40,465 bases of DNA from Polyangiales bacterium (lineage in GTDB: Bacteria; Myxococcota_A; Polyangia; Polyangiales; Houyiibacteriaceae), in assembly GCA_045106895.1 (NCBI GenBank), contig JBGCFM010000038.1:1-40465 (forward strand), in the 5' to 3' direction. Positions 25,974 through 35,572 of this stretch are shown here, in pieces; the first letter of the stretch is position 1; each line of letters opens with the position of its first letter. The translations under genes were made by a program, and so were the position numbers. The notes beneath the pieces were generated by a model. That model did not search any database, was not told the DNA's origin, and was given only the letters and a program-made list of their open reading frames with translations.

Positions 25974-26951
25974 CTACGGAACCCGGGGTGCTTTGAGAAA
26001 CGCTTCGATCTCAGCAGCCAGGATGCGGTCGAGATCCGTGTCTAGGTTTTCCGGGCCAGAGCAGAAACGGTCGATATTTCGGTGGTAGACGAAGAGCCTG
26101 CGCAATGTGTCTTTGCCGTCGCGTAGCGGCACCTCGTCCATCATCGCCGGAGCGCGCGGGTCCAACCCTTCGGCGACCATCTCCACACCTGGGAACGGCT
26201 CGACGATAATGAGGGTGTCCTCAAGCTCCGCGAGGAGCGCTCCCGGCAGCTGCGGTATTCGGTCTTGGAGGCGGCGCTCAAACTGTGGCGTGGTCTCCCC
26301 CCAAGGCACCGTCGGCGCTTTGATGTCCCGTTCCCGACACTCGAGAAACGCGAAGGCGGCGCCTCGAAAATCGCCGAGCGACTCTCGTGAGAGCGCGACG
26401 TAGTAGTGGATCTCCGCGTCGTCCACGCCACTCGCCAGCGCACCCTCCAGGAGCACCGACGCGCGCTTGTAGTCCCCCGCGTGATGGGCAGCGCGGCCGA
26501 TCAAGAACTCGATATGTGGCGCAAAGGGCCCCGAGGGCATCTGTTCCAGCAGGCGCGCCGCGTCTTCACGACGGTTGAGGGAGAAGAGCGCGTCCATCAT
26601 CAACAGCAGCGAGTCCGCCACGCCTTCCTTCTCGGCGGCCTGCTCCAAGGCGACTTCAAGGCGTTCAAGCGCGAGCTCCGCGCGTCCGACTTGGATGAGC
26701 ACATCCCCGGAGCTGAGAAGCGCATCGAAAAAGAGGCCGTCGACCTCCAGGGCGGCCTCAAAGTGCGCCAAGGCCTCAACGGGAAGCCCCATCGCCGCCT
26801 TTATGTTCCCGAGGAGGTGGTTTGCTTCCATGGAACCGGCGTCCACCTCAAGCGCGGCCTCCGCGGACGCGAGAGCCGCGACGAGCTTTCCTTCGAGATA
26901 GAGCTCCCAGGCCTGTTCAAGCCCTGCAAAATGGTCCGAGTCGTTTCTCAT
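25974..26951 (-). CDS. TPR protein with C-terminal zincin-like domain lacking HEXXH
   Basis: Several TPR-like helix pairs, then IPQLP..L..L....IIVEPFP...GLDP...RLFVYHRNI. Start placed at ATG 26951. Confidence 0.75.
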   Translation of the reverse strand: MRNDSDHFAGLEQAWELYLEGKLVAALASAEAALEVDAGSMEANHLLGNIKAAMGLPVEALAHFEAALEVDGLFFDALLSSGDVLIQVGRAELALERLEVALEQAAEKEGVADSLLLMMDALFSLNRREDAARLLEQMPSGPFAPHIEFLIGRAAHHAGDYKRASVLLEGALASGVDDAEIHYYVALSRESLGDFRGAAFAFLECRERDIKAPTVPWGETTPQFERRLQDRIPQLPGALLAELEDTLIIVEPFPGVEMVAEGLDPRAPAMMDEVPLRDGKDTLRRLFVYHRNIDRFCSGPENLDTDLDRILAAEIEAFLKAPRVP

Positions 26952-27051
26952 GGGGCCGGCCAGGCTACGACGGTCAAAGCTGGGGTCAAGCCCCCACGCG
27001 GCGCCCGTCGAAGAACTAGGGACCGGTGACAAAGCAAGCTATCGTCTTGAC

Positions 27052-27891
27052 GTGCGGATGCCCCTCGCAGCGCTTCTTTTGGTCTCTTGTGCTGTTCCCG
27101 TTCGATCCGGAACGCCGGTTTCAGCGAGTGCCAGCAACGCAGGCTGGCTTCGCAACGGTGTCTCTCTGCCAGATGAAGGGCCCGGCTTCGTCCGAGCGCG
27201 GCGCGGCGAATCGACTCGCTTTGGGATCCCTCGCCTCGTCGAGTCGATTCAAGGTTCAGCTCGCTTCGTGCAAGAACAAGTTCCAGGTGGCTACCCGCTG
27301 CGCGTCGGAGACCTGAGCGCCCCGAGCGGCGGGCGACACTCGCGACACGGCAGCCACCGAAGCGGCCGTGACGTGGACCTCATCTTTTACGCGACAGACG
27401 TCTACGGGGCACCGGCGCGAGGCCGCGGATGGGTCGCGTATGACCGCTTCGGTACCGGCGCGGAAAGCCGAGAGCGTGGCGGCGAGGTCTTTCTCTTCGA
27501 TGAAGCGCGAAACTGGGCCTTAGTGCGGCATCTGGTCATGAACGAGGACGCCCACGTTCAGTGGATCTTCTGCAGTCGCGGGATCAAAGCGCGCCTGCTC
27601 CGCTACGCGCTGGCGCACGAGCCGAACGCCGAAGCAATCCTGCGGGCCACTTGGATACTCCACCAACCCAGCCGCGGAAACCCCCACGCCGACCACTTCC
27701 ACGTTCGCATCGCGTGTGGCGCCGAACAGGTCTCCCTAGGGTGCCGGGATCGCGGGCCGATTTGGCCCTGGTTCGGGGACGCCACGCAAAAGCTCGATGC
27801 ACCCGGCGAGGCACTCGACGACGCATTCTTAGTGCGGGCGATCATGGAAGACATGAACCCAGAAGCCGCCGCTGACGAAGCCGCGAACTAG
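27052..27891 (+). CDS. Penicillin-insensitive murein endopeptidase (MepA family), probable lipoprotein
   Basis: GWLRNGVSLP, VGDLSAPSGG...HGSHRSGRDVD, HADHFHVRIAC; lipobox-like LVSC. Start at GTG 27052 or ATG 27058. Confidence 0.88.
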   Translation: MRMPLAALLLVSCAVPVRSGTPVSASASNAGWLRNGVSLPDEGPGFVRARRGESTRFGIPRLVESIQGSARFVQEQVPGGYPLRVGDLSAPSGGRHSRHGSHRSGRDVDLIFYATDVYGAPARGRGWVAYDRFGTGAESRERGGEVFLFDEARNWALVRHLVMNEDAHVQWIFCSRGIKARLLRYALAHEPNAEAILRATWILHQPSRGNPHADHFHVRIACGAEQVSLGCRDRGPIWPWFGDATQKLDAPGEALDDAFLVRAIMEDMNPEAAADEAAN

Positions 27892-28544
27892 AAAGACATC
27901 AGCGCGCGTATCGCCTTCGCCACCTGGTCGATGGGCGCTCCATCCGGACATCGAACCCACGTCTCGGTTCGGTCAGCGAGCATCCACTGCTCCCCCGTCG
28001 CGTCGCCGGCTTCCCAGAGTACAAACTCCGTCGCTTCGTCCATCTCTGGCGCGACGGTGACGAGCGTTGCGGGATGCACTGAAGGCGAAACACAGTCGAG
28101 AACGACGACGGCACGCATCGATGGGCTCGCGTGCACGATGTCCAAGAGCGCCACGACATCCTGAACGACGGTCACGCGAACATGCGCCAGTGCCACATCC
28201 AGGAGTTCGGCTCGACCGTGGTCCGACGTCGCGAGGAGCACGGACGGCATCAGGTCGCGAGATTGCGTCTGGCGCTGGTGAACGTTCGACGGGACAGGCG
28301 ACAGTCGCGCCGGAAACTCGGACGGTATGTTGTGAGCGATAGGTCCAAGCGTTTGCAAGAGCGCATCCGCTGCATCTTGGCCCAGCTTACGTGTCACCGA
28401 GCGGTGCAGGTGCAGCGCGATGAACTCGCGCAAGTGAGCGCCCCCTGTCGGAACCGCGCCCAGACCAGACTGACGAACGGCGTCTGCGATGACGTCCTCG
28501 GTGACCAATCGCGATGCAAGGGTACGCACGCTCTCTCGCACCAT
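27888..28544 (-). CDS. Hypothetical protein, possible degenerate receiver-like C-terminal domain
   Basis: Fills the gap; helical N-terminus, then alpha/beta pattern (SVLLATSD...AVVVLDC...FVLW). Start uncertain. Confidence 0.6.
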   Translation of the reverse strand: MVRESVRTLASRLVTEDVIADAVRQSGLGAVPTGGAHLREFIALHLHRSVTRKLGQDAADALLQTLGPIAHNIPSEFPARLSPVPSNVHQRQTQSRDLMPSVLLATSDHGRAELLDVALAHVRVTVVQDVVALLDIVHASPSMRAVVVLDCVSPSVHPATLVTVAPEMDEATEFVLWEAGDATGEQWMLADRTETWVRCPDGAPIDQVAKAIRALMSF

Positions 28545-28657
28545 TCTCGCCGCCGGCGAAAAGTAGTGCGCGCGATTTAAACCTCTCGCCGGCGTCCCCA
28601 CGGACGAAGGGTAGCGCGACGCATCGCGATCGCGCCACATCTGTGTCAAATCAACGG

Positions 28658-29557
28658 ATGCTTGTCTGTGGCGTCGACGAAAACGGACTGGGTCCACGAC
28701 TGGGTCCGCTGGTGGCCACCGCCGCCACAATCGAGGTAAAAGCCTACGATGCGCCCCAATTACAGCGATTGGGCGCGAGTGCAGGCGTCGGCGACAGCAA
28801 ACAACACAGCGCGTTCGGCCGTATGGCGAAAGCCGAGAGTCTCACGCTGGCGCTAACAGAGAATGCCCTAGGCCGCCCAGCAAAGGACGCCGACGACCTC
28901 TTCGAGGCACTCACCTTGGAAGGCCGCCTCGGTCTACGTGCCCCGTGCCCTGGTGGCCAAACCGAACAACAGTGCTGGTCCGCCCCCCTCGCACTTCCTG
29001 CGTTCGGAGGAGACCCGGAGGTAGGTCGAGCCATGCTCGATACCCTCAAGTCCGGTGGTGTGAAGGTGCGCCGAATCCGTACAACCTTGGCGTGCGCAAG
29101 CCGGATCAACACCGCTCTCGCACGCGGCGACTCGAAGCTACAGGTAGACCTCTCGCTCTTTGAGGACTTGCTCCTCGATGCACGAAGCGCCGAGCGACGC
29201 AACCTGCTCGCGCTCTGCGGCATGGTTGGAGGCATCCGCAAGTACGAGAACTACTTTCGGCGCCTGACGCCCAGCGGAAAAGGTACAGGGCAGACGGCCT
29301 ACAAGGTGCCGAAGCTTGGCGAGGTCCGCTTCGAAGTAAAAGCCGACGACCGTCACCTTCCGGTTGGGCTGGCGTCCATGGTTGGAAAAGTAGTTCGTGA
29401 ACTCGCGATGCGTCGCATCGTCTTGTTCTATCAGGGTCACAACGGGAAGCTCCGCGACGTGAGCGGCTACCACGACCCGGTGACCAAAGAGTTTGTTGAG
29501 AAGACGGCGAAGCTCCGTCGCCGCCTCAAGATTCAGTCCGACTGCTTCGAGAGGTAG
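28658..29557 (+). CDS. Atypical ribonuclease HII-like protein
   Basis: CGVDENGLGPRLGPLV, GDSK, KADD...ASMVGKVVRE, SGYHDPVT. Start re-placed at ATG 28658. Confidence 0.8.
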   Translation: MLVCGVDENGLGPRLGPLVATAATIEVKAYDAPQLQRLGASAGVGDSKQHSAFGRMAKAESLTLALTENALGRPAKDADDLFEALTLEGRLGLRAPCPGGQTEQQCWSAPLALPAFGGDPEVGRAMLDTLKSGGVKVRRIRTTLACASRINTALARGDSKLQVDLSLFEDLLLDARSAERRNLLALCGMVGGIRKYENYFRRLTPSGKGTGQTAYKVPKLGEVRFEVKADDRHLPVGLASMVGKVVRELAMRRIVLFYQGHNGKLRDVSGYHDPVTKEFVEKTAKLRRRLKIQSDCFER

Positions 29558-29565
29558 TCGGGCGC

Positions 29566-31137
29566 CTACGCCATTTCCTTCCCAAGCGTCAGTGGGATAT
29601 TCGCCGCCTTGAGTGCGCTCATGAAGGTCGTCTTGTCGTTGGACTTCATATACGCCTCCTTCGCGTCCACCCGGCCTTCTTTCACGTGCTGCAGAAGGTG
29701 GTCGTTCATCGTCTGCATGCCCAACTTTTTGCCGGTCTGCATGATGCTCTGAAGCTGGTACGTCTTGCCTTCGCGAATCAGGTTCGCGACGGCGCTGTTC
29801 GCGAGCATGATCTCGTAGGCCGCAGCACGGCCTCCGCCCTGCTTCTTGCACAACACCTGAGCGATAACGCCTCGGAGCGACTCAGACAGCATGACGCGAA
29901 TCTGCTCCTGCTGGTCTGCGGGGAACTGGTCGATGATGCGGTCGACGGTGCTCGGCGCCGACGTGGTGTGAAGCGTCCCGAATACCAAATGACCGGTCTC
30001 TGCCGTTTCGATGGCGATGGCGATGGTCTCGAGGTCACGCATCTCGCCGACGAGAACGATATCCGGGTCTTCACGAAGCGCCGCACGAAGCGCCGCTTTG
30101 AACGACTTCGTGTGAGTCCCCACTTCGCGCTGATTGATCAGGCACTTTTTGTTCGGGTGCACGAACTCAACGGGGTCCTCAATCGTGATGATGTGGTCCG
30201 TCCGGTTTTGGTTGATGTAGTCGATGAGCGTCGCGAGCGTCGTCGACTTGCCGGAACCCGTCGGGCCCGTCACGAGCACAAGCCCCTTGCTGAGATAGCA
30301 GAGGTCGAGAACTTTCTCCGGGAGTCCGATTTGCTCGACGCTCAGAATCTCGAAGGGAATCTGGCGAAAGACGCCGCCGGGGCCCTTCCGGTCTTCGAAG
30401 ATGTTCGCGCGGAAACGGCAGAGCCCCTCAATGGAGTGCGCAAAGTCCGAATCACTCGTCTCGGCGAACTCCTCACGGTTCGCATCCGGTGCAATCTCAA
30501 GAAGCATCTCCCGCAGCGCCTCCGCTTCAAGCTCGGGAGCGCCCTCCTCGAGGAACTGCATCGATCCGTGAACGCGCGCCATGGGTGCGACTCCGGTGGA
30601 CAGATGCAGGTCAGATGCGTCCATCGCTTTCATCAGACGAAGATAGCGATTGATGGCCGGTTCCCCGGGGACACTCACTACGGCTTTGGGGGCCGCAGGC
30701 TTCGGGCGAGCCGGCGCAGCTTGAGCGGGCGCGGCGAGAACAGGCTCCGCTCTTCCCCCCGCTCGCTGCCCCATCGACGGCGTTGAGTCGAAGGCACCGT
30801 GCCGGTCGACGATGGGTTTGATTTTCGGCGCCGCTTTTGCGGGTTCGATTCGAACAGTCCACGTCCCAGGCGAGAGCGCAGTGACCTGAATGTCGACGAC
30901 CATGCCAGCTTCGGACTTGTGGTCGAAGCGGGCGAAGCCCGTGGCACGAAGCTCTTCGAGGGTTCCGCCGGGAGCGGCCTCCTGAACCAGCTGCGCGATC
31001 TGCGCGTGCTCGATGGGCTTCGACGAGTTGCGCTCGCCTCCCTGCATCTCAAAGCGGACGGTTTTGCCGGACACGAGCTCGATGCCCAGAGCGTTGTGTC
31101 GAACCAGATGTTGAACGTAGAAGTCGATGCGCAGCAC
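29566..31137 (-). CDS. pilT: Type IV pilus retraction ATPase PilT family with extra N-terminal domain
   Basis: [68 protein letters not shown] 31137 lies 6 nt after a TACTCT -10-like hexamer. Confidence 0.92.
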   Translation of the reverse strand: MLRIDFYVQHLVRHNALGIELVSGKTVRFEMQGGERNSSKPIEHAQIAQLVQEAAPGGTLEELRATGFARFDHKSEAGMVVDIQVTALSPGTWTVRIEPAKAAPKIKPIVDRHGAFDSTPSMGQRAGGRAEPVLAAPAQAAPARPKPAAPKAVVSVPGEPAINRYLRLMKAMDASDLHLSTGVAPMARVHGSMQFLEEGAPELEAEALREMLLEIAPDANREEFAETSDSDFAHSIEGLCRFRANIFEDRKGPGGVFRQIPFEILSVEQIGLPEKVLDLCYLSKGLVLVTGPTGSGKSTTLATLIDYINQNRTDHIITIEDPVEFVHPNKKCLINQREVGTHTKSFKAALRAALREDPDIVLVGEMRDLETIAIAIETAETGHLVFGTLHTTSAPSTVDRIIDQFPADQQEQIRVMLSESLRGVIAQVLCKKQGGGRAAAYEIMLANSAVANLIREGKTYQLQSIMQTGKKLGMQTMNDHLLQHVKEGRVDAKEAYMKSNDKTTFMSALKAANIPLTLGKEMA

Positions 31138-31240
31138 GGGTGGAGAGTATCGGCGCATCGGACTCTGCCCAAGCAAAATGGACTCACGACTCAAGGCCGC
31201 GGCCATTGCCGGACACGAAAAAAGGGAGCATGGTCCCCCC

Positions 31241-32659
31241 GTGACTTCCCGAATCGGCCACTTCGAAGATGATCACTTTCACGACGAGTGCGGTGTTTTT
31301 GGTGTTTTCGGCGCAAAAGAAGCCGCGAACCTCGCCTACCTCGGCCTTCACGCGCTTCAGCACCGCGGTCAGGAGGCAGCCGGCATCGCCACGAGCGACG
31401 GCTCCCAGCTCTACGTCCACCGCGCCGCAGGACTGGTCCAGGATGTCTTCACTGCCAAAGTCATCGACCAGATGCCGGGAGAATCCGCCATCGGCCACGT
31501 GCGCTACTCCACCGCTGGGGGAAGCCACATCAAAAACGCGCAGCCCATCGCGGTGGACTCGGCCCATGGCTCGTTTGGCGTCGCCCACAACGGCAACCTG
31601 ACCAACTACGGTGCGCTTCACGACGAGCTCGAGGCGAAGGGCTCCATCTTCAGCAGCTCAAGCGACACGGAAGCCATCGTCCATCTCATCGCGCGCTCAT
31701 CCGCCGAAACGATGGACGCACGCGTCGCCGAAGCGCTTCGTCGTGTCGAAGGCGCATATTCTCTGGTCTTCCTCAGCGTCGGCGAAATGATCGCCGTCCG
31801 AGACCCACATGGCTTTCGACCACTCTGCTTGGGCAAGCTCGGCGAGGGTTGGGTCGTCGCTAGCGAAAGCCCGGCGTTTCAGCTCATCGGCGCGGAGTTC
31901 GTCCGAGACGTAGAGCCCGGCGAGATGATCGTCGTCGACCGCTTTGGGCTTCGTTCCTCCCGGCCCTTCGAGGATCAGCCGTCGCGCTTTTGTATCTTCG
32001 AGCACATCTACTTCGCGCGCCCAGACGCCGCCTTCGGTGGAACGAGCGTGTACGAAGCACGCAAGCGCCTTGGTGAGGTGCTCGCCGAGGAATCCCCCAT
32101 CGACGCAGACCTCGTCGTCCCCGTCCCCGACAGCGGCGTCACGGCGGCCCTCGGTTACGCCCAGAAGCTGAACATCCCGTTCGAGTTTGGACTCATCCGC
32201 AGCCACTACGTCGGCCGCACGTTCATCGAACCGTCGCAGTCGATCCGTCACTTCGGCGTTCGCCTCAAGCTGCACCCCGTCCGGCACCTCCTCGAAGGCA
32301 AGCGCATCGCCGTCATCGACGATTCCATCGTTCGTGGCACGACGTCTCGAAAGATCGTCAAAATGCTCCGTGACGCGGGCGCGGCGGAAGTTCACTTGCG
32401 CATCTCGTCACCACCCACCCGCTGGCCGTGCTTCTACGGGATCGACACGCCCTCGCGGGACGAGCTCATCGCGAGCCAGCATTCGCCCGAAGAAATCGCC
32501 CAATACATTACGGCGGACTCCCTGGGCTACATCAGCATTGAGGGCCTCCGGGGCGCTATCACCGGAGACGGTTTCTGTGACGCGTGCTTCTCTGGCGAGT
32601 ACCCCGTCGCCTTCGAGGACAAAGAACAGCGTCGCAAGCTCCCGCTCGTAGGCATCTAA
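31241..32659 (+). CDS. purF: Amidophosphoribosyltransferase (propeptide and Fe-S type)
   Basis: Short propeptide then DECGVFG, LQHRGQE, GHVRYST, HNGNL, PRPP loop [12 protein letters not shown], Fe-S cysteines FCIFE, PCFYG, CDAC. Confidence 0.97.
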   Translation: MTSRIGHFEDDHFHDECGVFGVFGAKEAANLAYLGLHALQHRGQEAAGIATSDGSQLYVHRAAGLVQDVFTAKVIDQMPGESAIGHVRYSTAGGSHIKNAQPIAVDSAHGSFGVAHNGNLTNYGALHDELEAKGSIFSSSSDTEAIVHLIARSSAETMDARVAEALRRVEGAYSLVFLSVGEMIAVRDPHGFRPLCLGKLGEGWVVASESPAFQLIGAEFVRDVEPGEMIVVDRFGLRSSRPFEDQPSRFCIFEHIYFARPDAAFGGTSVYEARKRLGEVLAEESPIDADLVVPVPDSGVTAALGYAQKLNIPFEFGLIRSHYVGRTFIEPSQSIRHFGVRLKLHPVRHLLEGKRIAVIDDSIVRGTTSRKIVKMLRDAGAAEVHLRISSPPTRWPCFYGIDTPSRDELIASQHSPEEIAQYITADSLGYISIEGLRGAITGDGFCDACFSGEYPVAFEDKEQRRKLPLVGI

Positions 32660-33237
32660 TGCCGGTGCAACTCCTGCTCGCATCCACGTCGCCCTATCGG
32701 AAAGCACAGCTGGAGCGGCTGGGACTCACCTTCGCGCAAGGCGCGCCGAACGTCGACGAAGACGCCCTCATGCGCTCGGGCCAAGACCCCGAAACCATCG
32801 CGCTCTCTCTCGCGCGCGCCAAAGCCGAAGCCCTCGCCAGCGATGAGGCCTTCGTCCTTGGTGGCGATCAGCTCGTCGCCCTTGGCGACGACATTCTGGG
32901 AAAGCCAGGAAGCGCCGGCGCCGCCAAAGCGCAGCTGGCTCGCCTCGCAGGCCGCACGCACCGGCTCATCAGCGCTTTTGCCCTCCGTGCCCCAGACGGC
33001 AGCATGGACGCAGGCGTGCACGTTCACGAGATGACCGTTCGCGCGCTCTCCGCCCAGGAGGTCTCGCGCTACGTCGACGTAGACTCTCCCCTCGATTGCT
33101 GCGGCGCCTATCGCATCGAGGCGCTCGGCATCAGCATCTTTGAGAGCATCCGCGGAGACGACCCCTCGGCCATCGAAGGGTTGCCCTTGATGGCGGTCTG
33201 CGCCGCACTCCGGCGCGCTGGGTTCCTGGTTCCCTGA
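32659..33237 (+). CDS. maf: Maf family nucleoside triphosphate pyrophosphatase (YceF-like)
   Basis: LASTSPYR, LARAKA, GGDQL, ILGKP, CCGAYRIE, IEGLPL. TAATG overlap with purF. Confidence 0.92.
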   Translation: MPVQLLLASTSPYRKAQLERLGLTFAQGAPNVDEDALMRSGQDPETIALSLARAKAEALASDEAFVLGGDQLVALGDDILGKPGSAGAAKAQLARLAGRTHRLISAFALRAPDGSMDAGVHVHEMTVRALSAQEVSRYVDVDSPLDCCGAYRIEALGISIFESIRGDDPSAIEGLPLMAVCAALRRAGFLVP

Positions 33238-33244
33238 TTTCCCT

Positions 33245-33955
33245 TTAGGATCCAGCCAGCTCCTTGAGTGTCGCAGCGAGGAGCGGCACCAGCTGCCCTC
33301 GTTTGGCCACGTCCACCGCGATGTCCTGTCGCACTTCGATCTCGATGGGGCGTAGTCCGTGAACCCGCGCGTGATGATCGACGCAGTACATGAGCCCTTC
33401 TTTGCCGGAATAAGGTTCATTCAAGCGAGCGTCCCACCCTGCCTTGGCGATGGCACCACAGAGCGTCACCGACTCGCTCTCTGCTTCATCGAAGAGCACA
33501 CCCACTTCGATGTCTCGTTTCTGTCCCTCGTACAGAGGCGTGAACGTGTGTACCGAGAAGGCGATCAAAGCTCCACTTTGGCCCATCAAGGCGTCGACGG
33601 CGCCGTGGTATGGGCGGTAGAGCTGCTCGATCCGACGCCGCTTTTCCGTGTCATCGAGGTCCGCGTTGAGCAGCACCGGCTCCCCTTCCGCGACGGAGCG
33701 AAAGAGCGTCGGCGAGTCCTCGGGCCGGTTGGGATCCACAAGCAAGCGTGAAAAGCAGCTGAGCAGAGCAGGAGCTCCGAGGACCTCAGCGAGCTCCAAC
33801 GTGAGTTCCCTCGCCCCTGGGTCGAAGGCCCAATGCGTCCCCACCAGTCGTGCGTCCGCGTCCGGCCAGGCATACCCGCTAGGCATAGACTCCGACGCAT
33901 GCTCACAAGTGAGTACGATAGGACCGTCTCCGGGTACGCTTTCAAAAGGCTTCAT
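33245..33955 (-). CDS. N-formylglutamate amidohydrolase family protein
   Basis: LTCEHAS, HWAFDPGA, FSRLLVDPNR, YRPYH, SVHTFTP, NEPYS, EIEVRQD. Start re-placed at ATG 33955. Confidence 0.9.
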   Translation of the reverse strand: MKPFESVPGDGPIVLTCEHASESMPSGYAWPDADARLVGTHWAFDPGARELTLELAEVLGAPALLSCFSRLLVDPNRPEDSPTLFRSVAEGEPVLLNADLDDTEKRRRIEQLYRPYHGAVDALMGQSGALIAFSVHTFTPLYEGQKRDIEVGVLFDEAESESVTLCGAIAKAGWDARLNEPYSGKEGLMYCVDHHARVHGLRPIEIEVRQDIAVDVAKRGQLVPLLAATLKELAGS

Positions 33956-34001
33956 CACAGGAATGTGGAGCCTTCGGCCAACTTTTGCCACCATAGACGC
34001 T

Positions 34002-35069
34002 ATGGGGAAGCAAAGAGCGCCAGGTCGCGGTGGCAAGGCGGAGTCGCGAGTCTCGAATGTTCCGCCGGCACTCCCACCGATCCCCAAGCGCCCACGCCCC
34101 CCTGCGGCGCCGCTTCCCGCACGTCGCCGGCCCCCGCCTCCTCCACCACAGGCCATGAGCAAGGGGCGGCCTAGCCCACCCGCGCCGCGATCGGGACCAC
34201 CAAAGGCGCCGACGCCCAAGCCGTCCTTGCCTCCTCGTGCGCCGGTCCCTCGACCGTCCAAGAGGCCCCGTTCGCCCTCCGGTGGAAGAGGCGACGAGCC
34301 CACTCTTCCCGTCGCCCTTCCCGCCGCCACCTCCGCCCTGCCTCCGCCGACGCTGGATCCGCTCGGTGCGCCCAAAGCGCAAAAGCAGTCTTCGTCCACG
34401 CCCTGGGCCGCGTGGATTGCCCTCGCAGCCGTCGCCGGCGTCGCGACGTTCTTCCTCCTCCGTCGACCCGCACAGACGAGCCCTCATGCGCTGGCGCCCG
34501 TTGTCGTCGCCTCCACGCAAAGCCCGCCCGAAGAGACGCCGGAAGAACCAGCGGTGGAAGACATCGATGAGCCGGAGACAGATCCGCAAGAAGTCGCCGC
34601 TCCCGAAGAACCGCAGGAGACAGAGGAGCCACAGCAGACTGCGGAGCCGCAAGTCGACGCGCCACGCATGAACTCCAGGACCCCGATGGTTTCAGCGCCT
34701 AGAGTTCGGATGACCCAGGAGACAGCGGCCCCCTCGATGGTCGCTGTCGCCGCGATGGAGACTCCTCCAACGCCTATGCCGGTGATGAGCGCTAGCTCGG
34801 ACATGCCAGAGACCCCCTCCCGCCAAGAAGTGCAGTCTGCGCTGCTCGCTGTGCGCAACGGCGTGCAGGCGTGTATGGGCCGCGGTGGACGCGTCCCGGT
34901 TCGCGTCACCGTCTCCGGCCGCACAGGCCGGGTCATGACAGCGACGGTGCAGGACGCATATTTCGCACGTCAGCCCACGGGTGGCTGCATCGCGCGCGCG
35001 GTACGCCAAGCACGCTTCCCGCGTTTCTCCCAAGAACGGCTCGTCGTCGTCTATCCGTACGAGTTCTAG
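34002..35069 (+). CDS. Pro-rich single-pass membrane protein with TonB-C/AgmX-PglI-like C-terminal domain
   Basis: Pro/Arg-rich N-terminus, TM WAAWIALAAVAGVATFFLL, acidic linker, C-terminal VQAC...VRVTVSG.TGRV...GCIARAVRQARFPRF...YPYEF. Confidence 0.75.
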   Translation: MGKQRAPGRGGKAESRVSNVPPALPPIPKRPRPPAAPLPARRRPPPPPPQAMSKGRPSPPAPRSGPPKAPTPKPSLPPRAPVPRPSKRPRSPSGGRGDEPTLPVALPAATSALPPPTLDPLGAPKAQKQSSSTPWAAWIALAAVAGVATFFLLRRPAQTSPHALAPVVVASTQSPPEETPEEPAVEDIDEPETDPQEVAAPEEPQETEEPQQTAEPQVDAPRMNSRTPMVSAPRVRMTQETAAPSMVAVAAMETPPTPMPVMSASSDMPETPSRQEVQSALLAVRNGVQACMGRGGRVPVRVTVSGRTGRVMTATVQDAYFARQPTGGCIARAVRQARFPRFSQERLVVVYPYEF

Positions 35070-35074
35070 GCGGC

Positions 35075-35572
35075 CTACTCCGCGGGCATGCCGAGCTCTT
35101 GCCGGCAAATCTGAAGCATCCCGCGCACCTCGATGGCGATTTCAATCTCGGGGTTCGTTTCGAGGAAGCGGTTGAGGGGCCCGAAGGCGCCAGCGTGCTC
35201 ACCTCGCTGAAAGAAAGTCGCACCGACGAGGAAGAGCGCGTCTGGGTCGTTCTCTTCGACTCGAAGAACCTGACGTCCCATGCGGAGCGCTTTCTCGTGG
35301 TCGCCCAACATGCGCAGCGACTGACCCGCACCGATCATCGCGCCTAGGTAGCCCTTCTTGGCGCCCATGGCTGCGACGTAGCACTTCAGCGCCTTGGCGT
35401 AGTCTTCCTCCTCGTAGAAGAGGTTTCCCAAAAAGAAGTGGGCGTACTCGTTCTCCGGGTGCGCCTCCACAAGGCCCAAGAGCTCCTTCTTGGCTTCGGG
35501 AAGATCCCCGGTCTGTAGAAGCTCGACGCTCTCTTCAACCTGGGACCAGCGCTCCATATCCGCTTCGCTCAT
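35075..35572 (-). CDS. Tetratricopeptide repeat protein
   Basis: TPR patterns PENEYAHFFLGNLFY, AMIGAGQSL, DPDALFLVG; ATGA overlap with the nucleotidase stop. Confidence 0.85.
   Translation of the reverse strand: MSEADMERWSQVEESVELLQTGDLPEAKKELLGLVEAHPENEYAHFFLGNLFYEEEDYAKALKCYVAAMGAKKGYLGAMIGAGQSLRMLGDHEKALRMGRQVLRVEENDPDALFLVGATFFQRGEHAGAFGPLNRFLETNPEIEIAIEVRGMLQICRQELGMPAE

Noticed and set aside
29686..30786. Long antisense ORFs (e.g. 29686-30786, 9620-10561, 38063-39049, 24355-25239)
   Set aside because: Shadow frames opposite well-conserved genes, a normal result of high GC3 codon bias; no motifs.
33956..34399. Long N-terminal extensions in the ORF track (33245-34399, 33648-35069, also 21320-22801, 28514-29557, 31127-32659, 32584-33237)
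   Set aside because: They overlap neighbouring real genes; family motifs, signal peptides or coupling point to the downstream starts used here.
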